A stretch of 64,000 nucleotides of DNA from the human T2T-CHM13v2.0 reference genome, Homo sapiens, in assembly GCF_009914755.1 (NCBI RefSeq), contig NC_060935.1; one strand, given 5' to 3'. A program made the translations under genes and the position numbers. The first letter of the stretch is position 1; each line of letters opens with the position of its first letter. The notes beneath the pieces were generated by a model, which was not told the origin of the DNA, did no database searches, and saw only the letters and a program-made list of their open reading frames with translations. Below are positions 59,805 to 64,000 of the stretch, piece by piece.

Positions 59805-60296
59805 GGATTATTTATTTTAGTTAACTATTGCTGCATTCAAAACCTACCTCAAATGTAGTGGCTTCATAAACCATCATTTGTGTTTTGCTTATGAGTCTTA
59901 GTTTTGAGCTGGATTCAATGGACATAGTTTATCAGTGCTCTATGCTGTATTATTTGGGGTGGCCCAACTAGCCTAGAAGATCTGGTTCTAAGATCACTTA
60001 CTTGCACAACTGGTAAATTGGTGCTGAGTGTTGATTTCTTTCCATTTAAGTGTCTCCCTAGATTGGATTTCTCATAGTATTGTAGACAAGTTCCAAGAGA
60101 GATTGTCCCCAAATACAGGAAAGAGAAACTACCAGTTTCATAAGACCTTGGCCCAGAAACTGCCCTAGAATCAGTTTTATCATATTCTATTGATCAAGTA
60201 ATCATACAGCCAAGGTACTAGGGGAGAAGATATAGACCCATCTCACAATAAGAGCAATCTCAAAGAATATGGGGGCCATAGTGTAATGCTACCACA
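59805..60296 (-). mobile_element. MLT1 (F/H-like) LTR
   Basis: 'ctattgctgcattcaaaacctacctcaaatgtagtggctt...cttggcccagaaactg...cattctattgatcaag...tagaccca...gctaccaca'. Confidence 0.7.
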
Positions 60297-60519
60297 TGAC
60301 TCATTCATTTACTCACTAAGTTCATCATGACTATCCACTGCATTCGTTTTTAAATATTATATAAATCTTAACACTTCTTATTCTTAGAGTCTTTTAAAAT
60401 TAATATCTATTTGGGACTATTCATTGAATATAAGAAGAAAAATAAAGCCTGCTGTTGTAGTCAACAAAATAACAATAAATTTTGTAATAATAATTTGGCA
60501 AATTTACATCAGGATGACT

Positions 60520-61005
60520 CTGTTAAGTTTCTTATTGCTGAAAACAATGCAAGGTTTCATATTTTAGAGCTCTGAAGGCCAGAAGTCAATATCAATCTCA
60601 TTGAGCTAAAATTAAGTTATCAGGAGAGCCACCCTCTTTTTCAATGAATTTGAGAAAGAATCTGCTTCCATACCTTTGCAGCTCCTAGAGGTTGCCTACA
60701 TTCCCTGCCTACTACAAGGCAGAAATGTAGCAACTTCCATTCTCTTTTTGACTCTCTCTCTGACTATGACCCCTGCTTCTATCATATCATCTCCTGTCCT
60801 TTTTTGACTTTGACCCTCCTGTTTTCTCTTAAAAAGACTCTTATGATTACATTAATTCCCTCAGTAGAATCCCCCATGCCAAGGTCTTCAACTTAATCAG
60901 ATCTGCAAACTCCAATTTGCCATATAAGTTAGTATACTGAAAGGATTTGGGGTCAAAACATGGACATTCTGTTGGGGTGGGGAGGTTAATTATACAGTCT
61001 AGCAT
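60520..61005 (-). mobile_element. MLT1C/D-like LTR
   Basis: 'ctctgaaggccagaagtc...gctcctagaggttgcctacattcc...aacttaatcagatctgcaaa...ggacattc..ggggtgg..attatacagtctagcata'. Confidence 0.75.
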
Positions 61006-61649
61006 AATGTTTTGCCCAAAACAAGTCATTAAAGCAATCAGATAAAAATTATTTTAGCATATCAAACACTGATATTAAAAGTAGAAAACAAAGATTATAC
61101 TTTATTTAGTCTTAAATTTTTTATATATAAACTTCTAACTTTTTTTTTTTTTATGGTTGAGAAGCATTTACAACAAAAGCCTGAAGGGAAAGGATAACAC
61201 ACATAAAATATCTCAACTTTGGGATACTTTATCAAATCAGTAACAAAACACACAAAATACTAAATAAAATTAACTCATTTATTATTTTAACCAAAATATG
61301 AACAATGTTCAAACATAAGCCAATGTTATAGAAGACATTTGGGTCTATTTTTTATTACTCAAAATTTTGATTATATTGAAATTTTATGTTTTAGTTGCTC
61401 AGTGAAACTCTCACAAATAAACTCCTTTTAATGACATTTCTTTCATAAGCCAACAAATGCTCAAACATGTATAGGCAGTCATAATTCTACACATTTTAAT
61501 TTTTAATTTTATTACCAGCTTGTCTGTTACTAAAAGAAAGTTTTGGCAAAAATCATAATGTGATATTTCCTTCTTTTATTAATTCACCTTACGGGAAGCA
61601 AATATGGCTTTTATTTGATCTTCAGGTATTTGTATTCAAATGTTTTCAA

Positions 61650-62191
61650 AGAAATTCTAAGATCTCCAGTTGATACCAAACCTTATATTTACTATTTCTT
61701 CTCCAATGCATACATACCTATGATAAAGGTTAATTTATAAATTAGACACAGCAAGAAATTAATACAAATTACTAATAAACCAGAACAATTGTGCCAATAT
61801 GCTGTAATAAAGGTTAGGTGAACATGGATTCCCTGTCTCTCTCAAAAAGTTATATGATTGTGTTCTTCCTCCCTTTATTTCAAAATATCTTATTGTAGTT
61901 TACTCACCTGTCTTCTTGTGATTTGTCAACCTGCTAACCAAGAGGTCTCCTAAATGACTAACAGGCAGGTAGCATCTACAGTGTGGATAGGCTGAACCAA
62001 GGGGTGATTACATTGCCAGCGGAACAGATTGGACAGTGTGAGAGTTCATCATGTTACTCAGAATAACATGCAACTTACAACTTATGAATTGTCTATATCT
62101 GAAATTTTCCATTTAATATTTTTAAATCATAGTTGACTTTAGGTAACTGAAACCACAGAAAACAAAACCACTGATAAGAAGGGAGCTACTG
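61650..62191. mobile_element. MER44/Tigger7-type TcMar DNA transposon
   Basis: 'catacatacctatgataaaggttaatttataaattagacacag...ggtaactgaaaccacagaaaacaaaaccactgataagaagggagctactg'. Confidence 0.75.
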
Positions 62192-63049
62192 CACTGTCTG
62201 TCCCTAGAAAGATCTTTATAGAATTATTAATATAGTTCATTCTAGATCATTGTCTATGAACTTGTCTGTACCCTACTTGAAATTGCTGTGTATCTGAGTA
62301 CTTTACGTCTACGCAGATTGAATATGTGTTTCAATTAAGGCAAAATGATAATTTAGGCAGTTTTTTTTATCTGCACTACTGTCTTGCCATTCTGCATCAA
62401 TTTTCTTCAGAGTCCTCTGCACCCTAAAGTGTGAATAAATCCAAGAGCTTAAATTTACATTTCTCAGATATATTTGTGTTTTAAGATGAATCAAAAGATG
62501 TCCTCAGTGGATTTTAGTAAAACAACCAGGAACCAGCCCAATGATGTGTTAGAATGTAAGAGGTAGAGATCGGGAAGTTTTGGGTGTGAGCAGAACCCCA
62601 GTCAAGATCCAGTGCTCTTGAATCATTTTAAAGGGATTAAGACTTTAAAAAAAGAACTCAGGCATGAGTGGATACAGTGGTTATTTTTTCTTCCTCTTTT
62701 CTTACTGTCTTTTTCTGAAGGCAGGCCCAAATTTCATAGTCGCGCAGGTGTGTGGGCAGTGAAATCTCTAAGACAAACCTTGCTTTTCTCAGCAGTGGAC
62801 AGGAAAAGGAGTTCTGTAAAGCTGGAGGTTGTGGGAGAAATTCTAATAGAGAAAAGACTGAATAAAGAAACCCTCAGTTCTGAGTATCAGCCAGCACAAA
62901 AACTTGGCTTACCGTTAGTTATGTCGGGGGTAGGGGACAGAGAGACCCTGAGCAGCATAGCAAGTAATCCAGGACTTGTCAATGCAAAACATTTCCCATG
63001 AGTCAAAGTAAATCCTGAGTCATATATGTGCTGTTTTGTTACCTGCTGA

Positions 63050-64000
63050 ACAAGCAAAACCAAGAAGATAACATAGCATATTCCAAAAATATTAGCATAC
63101 TTCAAACACTCAGTGTCTCATGACAGCGTCTAAGACCAAATTAAAAATTAATAGACATTTAAACAATGTGACCAATTCTCTAAGGAATAGGAAATAAACA
63201 TATCAATATCCTTAGACGATCTGAATGATAAGATTATTAGGCCAAATTTTAAAACAGCTATTATGATGTAAAAATAAGATAACTTAAAAATAAGTATTTA
63301 TTGTTATTTTAATTCAACATTATTATTATTAAATATAGTAAGATAGTAAACACACTTTAAATGAGTGAAAATATAGAAGTGTTAAAAAGTAAAATATAAG
63401 AAAGAACCAAATGTAACTGTAAAAGTAATAAAATTACAATATCTGGGGGGAAAAATCACTGCATGTACTCAATAGCAGAATAAAGATCAAAAAGTAAGAA
63501 TGAAATAAAATATAGATAAATAAAAATTATTCAGTCTTATAAAGAGAAAACAGCAAAGATTGAAAAGAATGTGCACAGACAGCCTCGGGGATAAGTGAGA
63601 CATTATCAACAGGTCTGGTATTTGTGGTATGGCTATATCCCAGATGGAGAGAATAAAGAGATTGATGCAGAAAAAATGTTTGAAGTAGAAACAAAAATTT
63701 CCCCAAATCTGTAAATTCCTATAAACTTAGGAATTCCAGAAGCTCAAGGAGTCTCAAATAGGATAAATGCACAAAAAAAATTCCTAGCTACATCATAATA
63801 AACTACTGAAAACAAAAAAGAAAGGAAAAGAAAACAAATCATGTAAATATTTAGGGAAAATAACATATTACATGTAGTAAAGCAATGATTGAAATGACTG
63901 TTAATTTCTCACCAGAGATGGTTGGATGCAGAAGACGGTGTTATGTCATCTTTAAAGTACTTAAAGAATATAACTTTTAATTCAGAACTCTATATGTAAC
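63050..64000 (+). mobile_element. Old L1M ORF1-region fragment running off the window end
   Basis: A-rich text with L1M ORF1 motifs 'ctcaatagcaga', 'cagcctcgggga', 'gcagaaaaaatgtttgaag...aatttccccaaatctg', 'ccagaagctcaa', 'catcataataaactactgaaa'. Confidence 0.7.

Noticed and set aside
62612-63001. 129-aa ORF
   Set aside because: GTG start, no recognisable domain, and it lies just upstream of an old L1M ORF1 fragment, so probably degenerate L1 5' sequence

Overview
AT-rich, gene-poor primate genomic DNA, most likely human: a near-consensus AluYg6 and an AluYa-lineage element are present. It reads as intergenic or deep-intronic. I found no supportable cellular protein-coding exon, rRNA, tRNA or CRISPR. 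The long ORFs in the track map to transposon remnants. The window is a layered TE mosaic: (1) a full-length old L1PA (-) at 4.3-10.9 kb with an Alu inside it; (2) an ERVL pol remnant; (3) a young 5'-inverted (twin-primed) L1PA2/3 at 28.4-30.6 kb with a 15-bp TSD and a probable short 3' transduction; (4) seven Alus; (5) a near-complete Hsmar1 mariner split by an ERV1 solo LTR; (6) a three-level MLT1>THE1>LTR12C nest; (7) many MaLR/MLT2 LTRs, MER DNA transposons and L2/MIR fragments. The structures I cannot explain by known repeats are a 129-bp, 92%-identical inverted duplication inserted into a microsatellite (26.2-27.0 kb), a diverged ~195-bp direct duplication (36.7/37.4 kb) and a pre-miRNA-sized hairpin (500-558). 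I see no convincing evidence of a new multi-gene system. Subfamily names come from my recall of consensus sequences, not from a database search, and boundaries of old repeats are approximate.
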